A stretch of 64,000 nt of DNA, from NCBI GenBank assembly GCA_977017645.1, contig OZ360221.1, positions 80,166,001 to 80,230,000 on the forward strand. The letters run 5' to 3'. Shown one piece after another: positions 12,503-24,905 of this stretch (position 1 is its first letter; each line of letters starts with the position of its first letter). The notes beneath the pieces are model-generated. The model saw only the letters and a list, made by a program, of their open reading frames with translations. It searched no databases and was not told where the DNA came from. The DNA is from Torpedo marmorata (lineage: Eukaryota). Made by a program: the position numbers and the translations under genes.

Positions 12503-12961
12503 GTTAGAACATAAAACATTACAGCACAGAACAGGCCCTTCAGTCCTCAATGTTGTGCCAACCTATATATTCCTACCAAAAAAAAACTAAACCCCTCCTC
12601 CCTCTATTTTTCTTTCATCCATGTGCCTGTCCAAGAGTCTCTTAAATGCCCCTAATATTTCAGCCTCCAACACCATCCCTGGCAAGGCATTCCAAGCACT
12701 CACAACTCTCTGTGTAAAAAACATACCCCTGATGTCTCCCCTAAACTTTCCTCCCTTTACTTTGTACAGATGTTCCCTGGTGTTTGCTATTCCTGCCCTG
12801 GGAAAAAGACACTCGCTGTCCACCTTATCTATGCCTCTCAGAATCTTGTAGACCTCTATTAAGTCTCCTCTCATCTTTCTTCGCTCCAAAGAGAAAAGTC
12901 CAAGCTCTGCTAACCTTGCCTAATAAGACTTATTTTCTAATCCAGGCAACATCCTGGTAAA
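12503..12961 (-). mobile_element. CR1/HER1 LINE 3' end
   Basis: ERRKMRGDLIEVYKILRGID...FFTQRVVSAWNALP; TGTTCTA-type tail. Confidence 0.88.
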
Positions 12962-13544
12962 TAGAAAATATCTTCATGATTCATCTGTCAACTCCGTATT
13001 TTCCACTAGTCCCAAACTCATTTTCTTTTGGATCAACACACATTTTAAATTCTTTATCTTTTTTAAATATCTGTACAAACTCACTACCTTTATGGTTTTC
13101 TCTCGCTTTATCTCAGTTTTCCTTCCCTATTAATCTTTTAGTTATTTGTTCTGCTAAGTTTGATACCATCTTTATTTCGTTAACCACAGTTGGAGCCCCC
13201 TCTCTGGATTTCTTCTTTCTCATTGTAAAGAGTCTGTTGTCTGAAGGATTGCCTTTAACATCTGCTACTGCATCTTGACCAACTGATCCTTGAAACTAAT
13301 TGGCCAGTTCACTTCAGCTAACTCTGCTTTTGTGTCCTCACACTTGCCCACATTAGTTAAAAAATACTCATCTTAGACCCATTCCTCTCTTCCTCAGAAT
13401 GAATGCAAGATTCATCCACACAACAATCATTTCAACCCAGGGATACCTTCACGATGAGGTCATTAATTCATTCTTTATCTTTGCACAAGGGCAAGTCAAG
13501 TATAGCCTACTCTCCAGACTGCAGCACTCTAAGAAATTAACCAA

Positions 13545-14057
13545 AAACCATTATGACTCCCGTAAACTTCTACAGGTGTACCGTGGAGAGCATTCTGGCT
13601 GGTTGCATCACTGCCTGGTATGGAGGCGCCAACTCTCAGGACAAGAATAAACTCCAGAAGGTTGTTAACTCGGCCTGTGACATCACAGGCACCAGACTTA
13701 ACTCCATCGAGGACATCTACCTGAGGCGCTATCTTAAAAAAGCAGCCTCTATCCTCAAAGACCCTCACTACCCAGGCCATGCCCTCTTCACTCTGCTACC
13801 ATCAGGAAAAAGGTACAGGAGCCTAAAGACGAGCACTCAATGGCACAAGGACAGCATCTTCCCTGCTGCCATCAGATTCCTGAATAATCAATGAACCAAA
13901 GACACTGCCTTACTTTTCGTGCACTATTATTTATACATATTTTTTAATAGTAATGTCGTAAGATGGTTATAATATGAATGTTTGCACTACGATACTGCCG
14001 CAAAACACAGTATTTCATGACTTGTTCATGGCAATAAATTCTGATTCTGATTCTGAA
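13545..14057 (+). mobile_element. Rex1/Babar 3' fragment
   Basis: FYRCTVESILAGCITAWYG...LLPSGKRYRS; (ATTCTG)3 tail. Confidence 0.9.
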
Positions 14058-14391
14058 TAATTAAACTAAGCTATATTGCCACATCTGATTTTTGTAATCT
14101 ACGTGTAGATTAAAATTTTCTATGATTATTGCTATACCTTCCTGACAAGCTTCCATTATTTCTTCCTTCAAAGTTTCTTCCACCTTGTGGCTACTGTTGG
14201 TAAACAGTTCCCACAAGGGACTTCTTACATTTATTATTTCTCACTTCCACATAACTGCATCTCCATTCTGGTTTCCTGAACTTAGCTCATCCCTCTATTC
14301 TGTGCAAAGGCTATCATGAATTAATACAATCAGATATCCACCTTTTTCTGGCTTCCAAACATTCCTAAATGTCAAGTACCCTTCAGTTTCT

Positions 14392-16262
14392 TGGAAATCA
14401 GGAAGGCTAAAAGAAGACATGAGGTTGCTTTTGCAGACAATGTGAAGGAAAATCTGAAGGGGTTCTCCAGGTATATTAAGAGCAAAAGGATAGTAAGAGA
14501 CAAAATTGGTCCCCTTGAAGATCAGAGTGGTTGGCTATGTATGGTGTCAAAAGTGATGGGGGGAGATGTTAAATGGTTTTATTGCATCAGTATTTACTCG
14601 GGAAAACTGGCATAGAGTCGAAGGAAGTAAGGAAAACAAGCAGTGAGGTCATGGAACCTATTCAGATTAAAGAGGAGGAGGTGCTTGCTGTTTTAAAGCA
14701 AATAAGAGTGGTTAAATCCCCAGGGCCTGACAAGATATTCCCTCAGACCTTGAGGGAGGCTAGTGTAGAAATTGCAGGGGCTCTGGCAGAAATATTTAAA
14801 ATGTCCTTAGACACGGGTGTAGTGCCAGAGGATTGGCGGGTAGCTCACATTGTTCCGTTATTTAAAAGGCTCCAAAAGTAACCCTGGAAATTATAGGCCG
14901 GTGAGCCTGACGTCAGTAGTTGGTAAATTATTGGAAGGTGTTCTAAGAGATCGGATACACAAGTATTTGGATAGCGAGGGACTGATTAGGGACAGTCAAC
15001 ATGGCTTTGTGCATGGTAGGTCACGTTGAACCAATTTGATAGAGTTCATTGAGAAGGTTACCAGGAAAGTTGATGAAGGAAAGGCTGTGAATGTTGTCTA
15101 CATGGACTTTAGTAAGGCCTTTGACAAGTTCACACACGGGAGGTTAGTCACGAAGGTTTAGTTGCTCGGTATTCATGGTGAAGAAGTAAACTGGATTCGA
15201 CAATGGCTGGACAGGAGAAGCCAGAGAGTGGTGGTGGATGATTGCTTCTCAGACTGGAGGTCTGTGACTAGTGGTGTGCCTCAGGGATCGGTGCTGGGAC
15301 CATTGTTGTTTGTCATCTATATCAATGATCTGGATGATAATGTGGTAAATTGGATCAGCAAGTTTGCAGATGACACTAAGTATGGAGGTGTTGTGGACAG
15401 CGAAGAAGGTTTTCAAAGCTTGCAGTGGGATCTGGACCAGCTGGAAAAATGGGCTGAAAAATGGCAGATGGAATATAATGCAGACAAGTATGAGGTGTTG
15501 CATTTTGGAAGGATAAATGGTCGTGCACTGAGGAGTGCGGTAGAACAGACAAATCTGGGAATACAGATACATAATTCCCTGAAAGTGGCATCACAGGTAG
15601 ATAGGGTTGTAAAGAGAGATTTTGACATATGGGCCTTCATAAATCGAAGTATTGAGTATAGGAGTTGGGATGTTATGGTAAAGTTGTATAAGACATTGGT
15701 GAGGCTAAATTTGGAGTATTGTGCGCAACTTTGGTCACCTAACTGCAGGAAAGATAGCAATAAGATAGACAGAGTGCAGAGAAGATTTACTAGCATGTAG
15801 CCTGGACTTCAGGAAGTGAGTTGCAGGGAAAGGTTAAACAGGTTAGAACTTTATTCCCTGGAGCGTAGAAGAATAAGGTGAGATTTGATAGAGGTATTTA
15901 AAATTATGAGGGGGATAGACAGAGTAAATATAGGTAGGCGTTTTCCACTGAGGGTAGGTGAGATATAAACCAGAGAACATGGGTTAAGGGTGAAAGGCGA
16001 AAAGTTTAGGGGGAACATGAGGGGGAACTTATTCACACAGAGTTGTGGGAGTGTGGAATGAGCTGCCAGCTGAGGTGGTGAATGCGGGCTCAATTTTAAC
16101 ATTTAAGGAGAATTTGGACAGGTACATGGATGGGAGAGGTATGGAGGGCTATGGACTGGGTGCAGGTCAGTGGGACAAGGCAGAAAAAATAGTTCAGCAC
16201 AGACTAGAAGGACCAAAGGTGCCTGTTTCTGTGCTGTAATGTTCTATGGTCCTATGTTTCTA
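14392..16262 (+). mobile_element. CR1/HER1 LINE, 5'-truncated
   Basis: [28 protein letters not shown] and FADDTK motifs; TGTTCTATG-type tail. Confidence 0.92.
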
Positions 16263-17248
16263 AAAGGAGAGAGGGACAGGGCTGGTAGTTTAACATTCCA
16301 GAGTCTTGAGATTTCAAATATGACAGAGAGGTAGGTAAAAGAGGTTGGGAGGTTATTTAGTGATCAGGTAGGATGTCACAGCTGCATTCAGAGAGGATGC
16401 ACTGGAGGGCTCATTTCATGAAGCAATATGGGTAGAACTCGGAAATAAAAAAAGTGCTATCACTGTGATGAGGGTATTCTTTAGGTCTCCCAATAGGCAG
16501 TGGGAGATAAAGAGATTGAATTGTGGAAAAATGTAAAAGCACAGGGCTATTGCAGTGGGTGACTTTAATTTCCCCAATATTGGGTTGGACCCTCAGTGCT
16601 GGAGGCTTCGATGGGGCAGGATTTGTTAGGTGCATCCAGGAGGATTTCTTGAAACAATATGTAGAAACTCCAATTAGTCAATTTCCCTGCATTGGGAAAT
16701 GAGCCCGGGCTGAGTTCCTCCAGAATTTCAGTGTGCTTTTTACTACAATCACAGCATCTGCAGACTTTCGTGTTTCACTCAGTTCAGTTGATCCACTGCG
16801 AAATCTCTTCAAGGGTTGCCTACCCTGAAGAAGTTCTCCTCCTCTCTTCGAAGGGAGTTCTGTGAGAGTCTCTCTCACTGCTCCCCATCTGCACTCCTCT
16901 CTACGACCATGTTCTCACCCAGACTCTCTTCCACAACCACATCTCTTTCCTGGCTACTTGCCTCTGCCGCCATCTGGTGCCACGTGGATTCCAGCTTCGG
17001 TTCCAAGCCTTCCAGTTTGGCCCCCACTGAGATCTCAGGTACCTAAGCTGCATTTACTCCTGCTCTCTTTGCTTCTCCCGCTGTATCTTACGGACTACCC
17101 TCAGTTCGATGCGCAGGTACCAGTGGACCCTCGCTCTCTCGCTACCACAGCTCCATACATCACTCGCCATGATCTGCCACGGACCTCTCCTACACTTCAT
17201 CCTCCACCAAATCCACGCATTCAACTGCCGATTCTACGCATACCTGCC

Positions 17249-18126
17249 ATAAGAACATAAGAGAGTAGGAGCAGGAGTAGGCCAACCGGCCCATCGAGCC
17301 TGCTCCACCATTCAATAAGATCATGGCTGATCTGATCAATGACCTAACTCCACCTACCTGCCCTTTCCCCATATCCCCTAATTCCTTTTTTTATGTAAAA
17401 ATCTATCCAACTGAACCTTAAATATGTTCAATGAAGCAGCCTCAACCACTTCCCTGGGTATAGAATTCCACAAATTCACCACTCTCTGGGAAAAACTGTT
17501 TTTCCTCATCTCTGTCCTAAATCTACTCCCCCGAATCTTGAGGCTGTGTCCCCTAGTTTTGGTCTCACCTGCCAGTGAAAAAAACTTTCCTACCTCTATC
17601 CTATCCATCCCCTTCATAATTCTATATGTTTCTATAAGATCTCCTCTCATTCTTCTGAACTCGAGTGAGTATAATCCCAGACGATTTAATCTTTCATCAT
17701 AAGTCAACCCCTTCATCTCAGGGATCAACCTAGTAAACCTCCTCTGGACTGCCTCCAAGGCCAGTATATCCTTCCTCAAATATGGAGACCAGAACTGCAC
17801 ACAGTACTCCAGGTGCGGTCTCACCAGTACCTTGTACAGTTGCAAAATTACCTCCTTGCTCCTGAATTCAATTCCTCTTGCAATGAAGTCCAACATTCCA
17901 TTTACCTTCTTAATAACCTGCTGCACATGCAACCCAACTTTTTGCGATCCGTGCACAAGCACTCCCAAGTCCTTCTGCACAACAGCATGCTGCAGTTTTT
18001 CACCATTTAAAAAATATTCTGCTCTTTTATTTTTCTTGCCAAAGTACTGAAGCACTCGGGCTCGCACGTCCAGACTGTGCAACAGTTTTTTTCCCCCAAG
18101 CCATCAGGCTCCTCAATTCCTAGATA

Positions 18127-18204
<78 letters not shown>

Positions 18205-18620
18205 CATGTTATAGTTTTTCTATTGTATTATGATATTTATGTACATCTGCCCATGGTCCTGGAGAAACGCTATCTCGTCTTACTGTTTATATGGTAATGA
18301 ACGACAAATAAAGGTGACTTGACTTTCTAACATTGTACTCCATCTGCCAGACCTTTGCCCACTCACCTAACTTAACTATATCCCTCTGCAGCCTCTCCAC
18401 ATCCTCAGTACAATTTGTCTTTCACTCAATTTAGTATCATCCACAAACTTGGCTACACCACATTTTGTTCCCTCCTCCAAATCATCAATATAAATGATGA
18501 ACAGTTGTGGGCCCAGCACCGACCCCTGCGGCACCCCACTTACCACTGTCTGCCAATCAGAAAACACCCATTTATCCCGACTCACTGCCTCCTGTCAGAC
18601 AACCAATCCTCAATCCGAGC
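17249..18620 (-). mobile_element. CR1 LINE inserted into the PLE
   Basis: [35 protein letters not shown]; TCTTATG tail at 17249. Confidence 0.9.
18048..18325 (+). mobile_element. Rex1/Babar-type 3' fragment with (TA)n, inserted in the CR1
   Basis: SRLCNSFFPQAIRLLN-like end, AATAAA and (TGACT)n tail; (TA)n at 18123-18202. Confidence 0.75.
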
Positions 18621-19873
18621 ATCCATCAAGGATCGGAAGCTCGCGTTCCTGGAGACTGCCGTCTCGGTGACCTCCCACACGGGTCCCCACTCTGGCCTTG
18701 GCGGTTTACAAACTGAGCTCCTGACACGGGTCTCCACCTTGGCCCCGGTGACCAACAAGACAGAGCTCCTGACGTGGGTCTCCACCTTGGTCTCAGCGAC
18801 CTACAGGATCAAGCCTCCGACATGAACTTTCACCCTGAACCCGCCGGCCCACAGGACCTGGCTTCACACGCGGGTCACCGTCTCAGCCCCGGTGACCTAC
18901 AGGATCGAGCCTCCGTCGCAAACTCCCACCCTGGCTCCGGGAGAGCACGGGCCTCTTTCTCTTCACCCTCTAACTTCCCTTGGACCCTTTCTACCCTCCA
19001 CCTCCTGATCCACCCTATCCTCCTCCCCTCCCCGACACCCTCCACCCCATTGAACCTCTCTCTAACCCCTGCCTGGTCTTCACCATGCCCTCCGACCTTC
19101 TTGGAGACTGAAGGCTCTGTTCTCAGTAGAGGCCTCACCTTCATCCTCCTTCGCCCACACCTTAACGAGCTCCGCATGCGCATGATGCTGAACATTTCTT
19201 CCGTCAGCTCCGTCTCCATGCCTACTTCCACAACCACGATTCTCCACCCCCCACTACAGATCCCTTTTCCCACTTTAAACCTTTTTCCTTCTCCTGGACT
19301 CCTCATTCTGCCTGCTCTGGACCTTAATATTTCCAACTGCTGCCGTGACATCAACCGTATCGACTTCACTACTCCCCTCACTCATTCCAATCTCAACCCC
19401 TCGGAACGCCTGGCCCTCCACTGTCTCCGCACCAATACGAACCTCACCATCAGACAAGAGTGGCTGTTGTGGTCTGCACTTTGCACCTGCAGACAAGAGT
19501 GGCTGTTGTGGTCTGGCGCACTGACCTCCATCTGGCTGAAGCCAGACGACAACTCTCAGACACCTCCTCTTACTTACCCCTCCAACAGGACCCCACTAAA
19601 ACTCATCAAACCACTATATCACACAACATCTCTGAACTCATCACTTCCAGTCACTTCCCTGGCACGGCCTCCAACCTTATTGTTTCCCAACCCCGCACCA
19701 CCCGTTTCTACCTCCTACCCAAGATCCACAAACCCAATTGTCCCGGCAGACCCATTGTGTCCACGTGCTCCTGCCCCACCGAAGTGGTCTCCGCTTACCT
19801 TGACTCTGTTTTGTCCCCCGGTCCAGTCCCTCCCCACCTACATCTGGGACACTTCACACGCCCTCCATCACTT

Positions 19874-20644
19874 TTTTTTTATTTTAAATATTTTATTTAA
19901 AATTTTTAAATCACACAATACACAGTTTAAAACGCAAATTTCTCAAATTACATGTGATACATTTTCAACCCCCCTCCCCCCCACCCTCCCCTCCCTAACC
20001 CTCCCGAAAAGAAAGAAAGAAGAAGTAAAGGATAGAGTAAGGAGAATGTCAATCTAAAAAGAACAACTATAAACTGATCTTATTGTGGAGGATAGGCTCG
20101 CCAGCCAGACCCGATGTCCAGAGATCTTCAAATCCTTAAACCCACAATTTTTATATATGGGCTCCATACTTCCAAAAAGAAATTATACTTATCACGTAAA
20201 TTATACGTAATTTTTTCAAGTGGTATGCAAGAACGCAATTCTGCGTGCTATCTTTCCATCCCCAAATCTACATCCGACTTCCATGTAGTGGCAATACATT
20301 TCTTAGAAACGGCCAAAGCAACACGCAAAAACTCCGTCTGGTACATATTCAATTTCACTCCAACACTGGCTCCTTCAATATCTCCAAACAAAAATATCAT
20401 AGGATCCATTGGAAGTGTAGTTCCTAATACTTTATCTAAAAAATTTTTAACTTTCAACCAAAAATCATAAACTTTTGGACAAAACCATGTAGAATGTACA
20501 AAAGAACCTTCCTCTTTATTACATCTAAAACATAAACCAGATAATGTCGGATTAAATTTCTTTAGTCTTTTAGGTGTTAAATATAGTTGATGAAAAAAAT
20601 TATATTGCACCAATCTATATCTAACATATCTGTATCTATATCTA
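19874..20644 (-). mobile_element. L1 3' fragment (family B) inserted into the PLE RT
   Basis: 16-bp TSD ACGCCCTCCATCACTT (19858-19873 / 20645-20660); zinc knuckle CFRC...HSTWFC; poly(A) tail. Confidence 0.93.
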
Positions 20645-21244
20645 ACGCCCTCCATCACTTCAACAACTTCCAGTTCCCTGAACTCGATCGCCTCATGTTT
20701 ACCATGGATATCCAATCCTGTACATCTCCATCCCCCATACTGAAGGCCTCAAAGCCCTTTGTTTCTTTCTGGACAATAGAACCAACCAGTCCCCCTCCAC
20801 CACCACCCTCCTCCGGCTGGCAGAACTTGTCCTCACCCTCAATAATTTCTCCTTTGACTCATCCCACTTTCTCCAGGTTAAAGGGGTAGCAATGGGTACC
20901 TGCATGGGCCCCAGCTATGCCTGCCTTTTCGTTGGCTACGTGGAGCAATCCATGATACAAGCCTACACAGGCAAGGCCCCTCAACTCTTCCTCCACTACA
21001 TCGATGACTATTTTGGTGATGCCTCACATACCCATGATGAGCTCGTTGACTTCATCCACTTTGCTGCCATCTTCCACCCCGACCTGAAATTCACTTGGTC
21101 CATCTCTAGCCAAACTCTCCCTTTCCTCGATCCCTCTGTCTCCATCTCAGGAGACAAACTCTCGACAGACATCTTCTATAAACCCACCAACTTCCACAGC
21201 TACCTCGACTACACCTCTTTCCACCCTGTCCCCTGTAACGATTC

Positions 21245-21664
21245 TGTAAGAGCTAAAGGCGCGTTGTTTATTGTCGTTGCTTTGGCTGCGGGCGTCGGCG
21301 GTGTCCCAGGTCCGGAGGCTGCGCATGTTCGGTTTCTTCCAATGCGCACGCGCTATTCACTTCGGTTGTTGGCTCATGTGCGGGGGCGGTGGAGGAGGAG
21401 TTGGCCCGCGTTGACTGGTATGGCGGGATAGATAATGGGTGAGTAGGGCTCCGATATTTTCTGTTGACCGTTAAACGGACGTTAGTCACGTAAGCAAGGA
21501 CGTTACCACATTACAATGATCGTTACCATGTGATGAGTCCTTTTGTGTTCACTAATAAACAGTTTAAAACGCATCTGGACTTCTATATGAATTTGTTCTA
21601 ACGCGTCACAGTAAAGAGCCTACTTAGCCGCCGAGCGGCTTTTTTATGGATAGTAGTCGCTACA
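21245..21664 (+). mobile_element. Solo LTR (420 bp) inserted in the PLE RT thumb
   Basis: TGTA...TACA ends, near-perfect 5-bp TSD GATTC/GATCC, AATAAA near 21554; host PLE reads PVPC.DSIP across it. Confidence 0.82.
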
Positions 21665-22549
21665 GATCCCATTCCATCTCTCAATTCCTCCGTTTCCATC
21701 GCATCTACACCCAGGATGAGGACTTCCAAGCCAGATCATCAGAGATGTCCTCCTCCTTCAAACAACGTGGCTTTCCTTTACCACCATCAACTCAGCACTC
21801 AACCACATTTCCTCCATTACCCGCACATCTGCCCTGGCCCCCTCCACCCCCACGCGCAACAAGGACAGGATTCCTCTTGTCCTCACCTACTACCACCCCA
21901 CCAGCCTCCGCATCCAACACATCCTCCTCCGCCATTTTCGCCACCTTACTACGTGATCCCACCACTAGACACGTATTCCCCTCTCCACCTTCCGCAGGGA
22001 CCGCTCCCTCCGTGACCTCCTTGTCCTCTCCTCCCTCCCTACCAATCGTCCCCTTGGGACCTACCCCTGTGACCGCAGGAGATTCTCTACTTGTGCCCAC
22101 ACCTCCTCCCTCACCACCATTTAGGACCCCAAACAGTCCTTCCAAGTGAAGCAACATTTCACTTGTGAATCTGCAGGGGTCTTCTACTGCATCCGGTGCT
22201 CCTGTTGTGGTCTCCTCTGCATCGGAGAGACTGGACGCAGACTGGGAGATCGCTTTGTTGAGCACCTTGGCTCTGTCTGCCACAATAGCGTGGATCCCTC
22301 AGTGGCCACCCATTTCAATTCTCCATCCCATTCCCTTGCTGACATGACTGTCCATGGTCTCATGCACTGCCAGACTGAGACCAACCGTAAATTGGAGAAA
22401 CAACACCTCATCTTCCGACTGGGCACCCTCTAACCGGATGGCATTAATATCGACTTCTCTGGCTTTCGTTAAACCACACACCCCCCTTCTTCCCCTGTCG
22501 CCTTTCCCTATCTCTGCCTCTCCATTCCGTCTCCTTTCTTACCTCGTCC

Positions 22550-24790
22550 CTTATCATTATGGAAAGAGATAAGTCAGGGCCAAGGGTTGAGGTTTTTGAT
22601 TGGGGAAAAGCTAGATTTGAGGGGATGCGAAAGGACTTAGAGGGTGTGCATTGGGACAATTTGTTTTATGGGCAGGATGTTGTAGAGAGATGGATGTCTT
22701 TTAAAGATCAGATTTTGAGAGTGCAAAAGATTTATGTTCCTGATAGGTTAAAAGGAGGGGCAAAAGGTTTGAGGGAGCCGTGGTTCTCGAGGAATATTGG
22801 AAACTTGGTTCGGAAAAAAAAGGGAGGCGTATATTAAGTATAAGAAGCATGGAAATAAGGAGATGTTTGAAAAATACATTGAATGTAAAAAGAATCTTAA
22901 GAGAGGAATTAGGATAGCAAAAAGAAGGTATGAAGAGACTATAGCAAGCAGGGTGAAGGTTAATCCAAAAGGTTTTTACAAATACGTTAATGGTAAGAGG
23001 AAAGCAAGGGACAAAATTGGTCCCTTAGAGAATCAGAACGGAAAATTGTGTGTGGAGCCTAGAGAAATGGGGGAGATATTGAACAGTTTTTTTTCTTCGG
23101 TATTCACCAAGGAGAAGGATATTGATATATGCGAGATAAACAAAGCTAATGGGGTAAATATGGAGAATATAGGGATTACGAAAGATGTAGTGTTAGGGCT
23201 TTTGAGGAATATAAAGGTGGATAAGTCTCCAGGACCCGACGGGATCTTCCCCAGGACCTTGAGAGAAGTAAGAGAAGAAATAGCAGAGGCTCTGACGGCG
23301 ATTTTCCAAATGTCATTAGAGACGGGGATAGTGCCGGAGGATTGGCGTATTGCGCATGTGGTTCCGTTATTTAAAAAGGGTTCAAGGAGGAAGCCTGGCA
23401 ATTATCGGCCTGTAAGTTTGACGTCTGTGGTAGGTAAATTAATGGAGAAAGTTCTCAGAGATAGGACTTATAAATATCTGGATAGGCAGGGTCTGATCGG
23501 GAACTCTCAACACGGATTTGTGAGCGGAAGGTCCTGTTTGACCAATCTGATTGAATTTTTTGAAGAGGTGACTAGGACTGTGGATGAGGGTAGTGCAGTG
23601 GATGTTGTCTATATGGACTTCAGTAAGGCCTTTGATAAGGTTCCGCATGGAAGGTTAGTGAGGAAGGTGCAGTCTTTAGGTATAGATTCTGAGATAGTCA
23701 AATGGATTGAACATTGGCTGGAGGGGAGAGGCCAGAGAGTGGTAGTGGATAATTGTTTGTCAGGTTGGAAGCCCGTGACAAGCGGTGTGCCTCAGGGATC
23801 TGTATTGGGCCCATTGTTGTTTGTTATATATATCAATGATCTAGATGATGGGGTGGTAAACTGGATTAGTAAATATGCAGATGATACCAAGATAGGTGGA
23901 ATAGTGGATAATGAAGAAGGTTTTCAAGGATTGCAGAAGGATTTGGGCTGCTTAGAAAAGTGGGCTGAAAAATGGCAGATGGAGTTTAATGCTGATAAGT
24001 GTGAGGTGCTTCATTTTGGAAAGAAGAATCAGAACAGGACATATGTAGTAAATGGGAGAGCATTGATGAATACAGAAGAGCAGAAAGATTTAGGAATAAC
24101 GGTGCATCGTTCCCTGAAGGTGGAAACTCATGTGAATAGGGTGGTGAAGAAGGCTTTTAGTATGCTGGCCTTCATCAATCAATGCATAGAATATAGGAGT
24201 TGGGAAGTGATGTTGAGATTATATAAGGCTTTGGTGCGGCCTAATTTAGAGTTCTGTGTGCAGTTCTGGTCGCCAAATTATAGGAAGGATATCAACAAAG
24301 TGGAGAGAGTGCAGAGAAGGTTTACCAGAATGTTACCTGGGTTTAAGAATTTAGAGTACAAGGAGAGATTGAGCAGATTAGGTCTTTATTCTTTGGAGCG
24401 TAGAAGGTTGAGAGGGGATTTGATAGAGGTATTTAAAATTATGAAAGGGATAGACAGAGTGGATGTGGATAGACTATTTCCATTAAGAATAGGAGAGATT
24501 GAAACAAGAGGACATGAGCTAAGAGTTAAGGGGCAGAGGTTTAGAGGTAACATGAGGGGGAACTTCTTTACTCAGAGAGTGGTAGCTGTGTGGAATGAGC
24601 TTCCGGGAGAAGTAGTGGCGGCAGAGTCAATTTTAGTATTTAAGAAAAAGTTGGACAAGTATATGGATGTGAGGGAAGTGGAGGGTTATGGGCAAGGTGC
24701 AGGTAGGTGGGACTAGATAGGAATGTTTTGGTTCGGTGCGGACTGGAAGGGCCTAATGGCCTGTTTCCGTGCTGTAATTGTTATATTTCT
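22550..24790 (+). mobile_element. Young CR1/HER1 LINE, 5'-truncated, in the PLE 3' UTR
   Basis: Long open RT frame followed by a CR1 3' UTR. Confidence 0.93.
22797..24716 (+). CDS. CR1 ORF2 fragment (complete RT domain and C-terminus, no endonuclease)
   Basis: 639 aa open: [50 protein letters not shown]. The start codon is not native. Confidence 0.8.
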   Translation: METWFGKKREAYIKYKKHGNKEMFEKYIECKKNLKRGIRIAKRRYEETIASRVKVNPKGFYKYVNGKRKARDKIGPLENQNGKLCVEPREMGEILNSFFSSVFTKEKDIDICEINKANGVNMENIGITKDVVLGLLRNIKVDKSPGPDGIFPRTLREVREEIAEALTAIFQMSLETGIVPEDWRIAHVVPLFKKGSRRKPGNYRPVSLTSVVGKLMEKVLRDRTYKYLDRQGLIGNSQHGFVSGRSCLTNLIEFFEEVTRTVDEGSAVDVVYMDFSKAFDKVPHGRLVRKVQSLGIDSEIVKWIEHWLEGRGQRVVVDNCLSGWKPVTSGVPQGSVLGPLLFVIYINDLDDGVVNWISKYADDTKIGGIVDNEEGFQGLQKDLGCLEKWAEKWQMEFNADKCEVLHFGKKNQNRTYVVNGRALMNTEEQKDLGITVHRSLKVETHVNRVVKKAFSMLAFINQCIEYRSWEVMLRLYKALVRPNLEFCVQFWSPNYRKDINKVERVQRRFTRMLPGFKNLEYKERLSRLGLYSLERRRLRGDLIEVFKIMKGIDRVDVDRLFPLRIGEIETRGHELRVKGQRFRGNMRGNFFTQRVVAVWNELPGEVVAAESILVFKKKLDKYMDVREVEGYGQGAGRWD

Positions 24791-24873
24791 AATTAACAAC
24801 TTTTGTTGGTCTGGATTCCACCCCCATAGTTTGAATACTGAGACTTTCTGAGATTTACAGCTTCTGGCTTATT

Positions 24874-24905
24874 CCTTAAAGAAGGGCTCAGGCCCGAAGC
24901 GTCGG
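24874..24905 (+). ncRNA. Decayed minimal hammerhead-like motif in the PLE 3' pLTR
   Basis: CCTTAAAGAAGGGCTCAGGCCCGAAGCGTCGG; core is mutated relative to the copies at 34478 and 43202. Confidence 0.55.

Larger units (their letters stand above)
12230..14390 (-). mobile_element. Old CR1 remnant interrupted by younger CR1 and Rex1 inserts
   Basis: Decayed RT (AKFANDAKI) at 12230-12500 and EN/linker-like sequence at 12965-13530 and 14058-14390. Confidence 0.55.

Noticed and set aside
18774-20057. 427-aa ORF
   Set aside because: Pro/Ser/Leu-rich, mostly off-frame reading of a decayed PLE running into an antisense L1 tail.
21626-21646. Rho-independent terminator, suggesting bacterial contamination
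   Set aside because: It lies inside a TG...CA solo LTR with a TSD in vertebrate repeat context, and no bacterial gene is adjacent.
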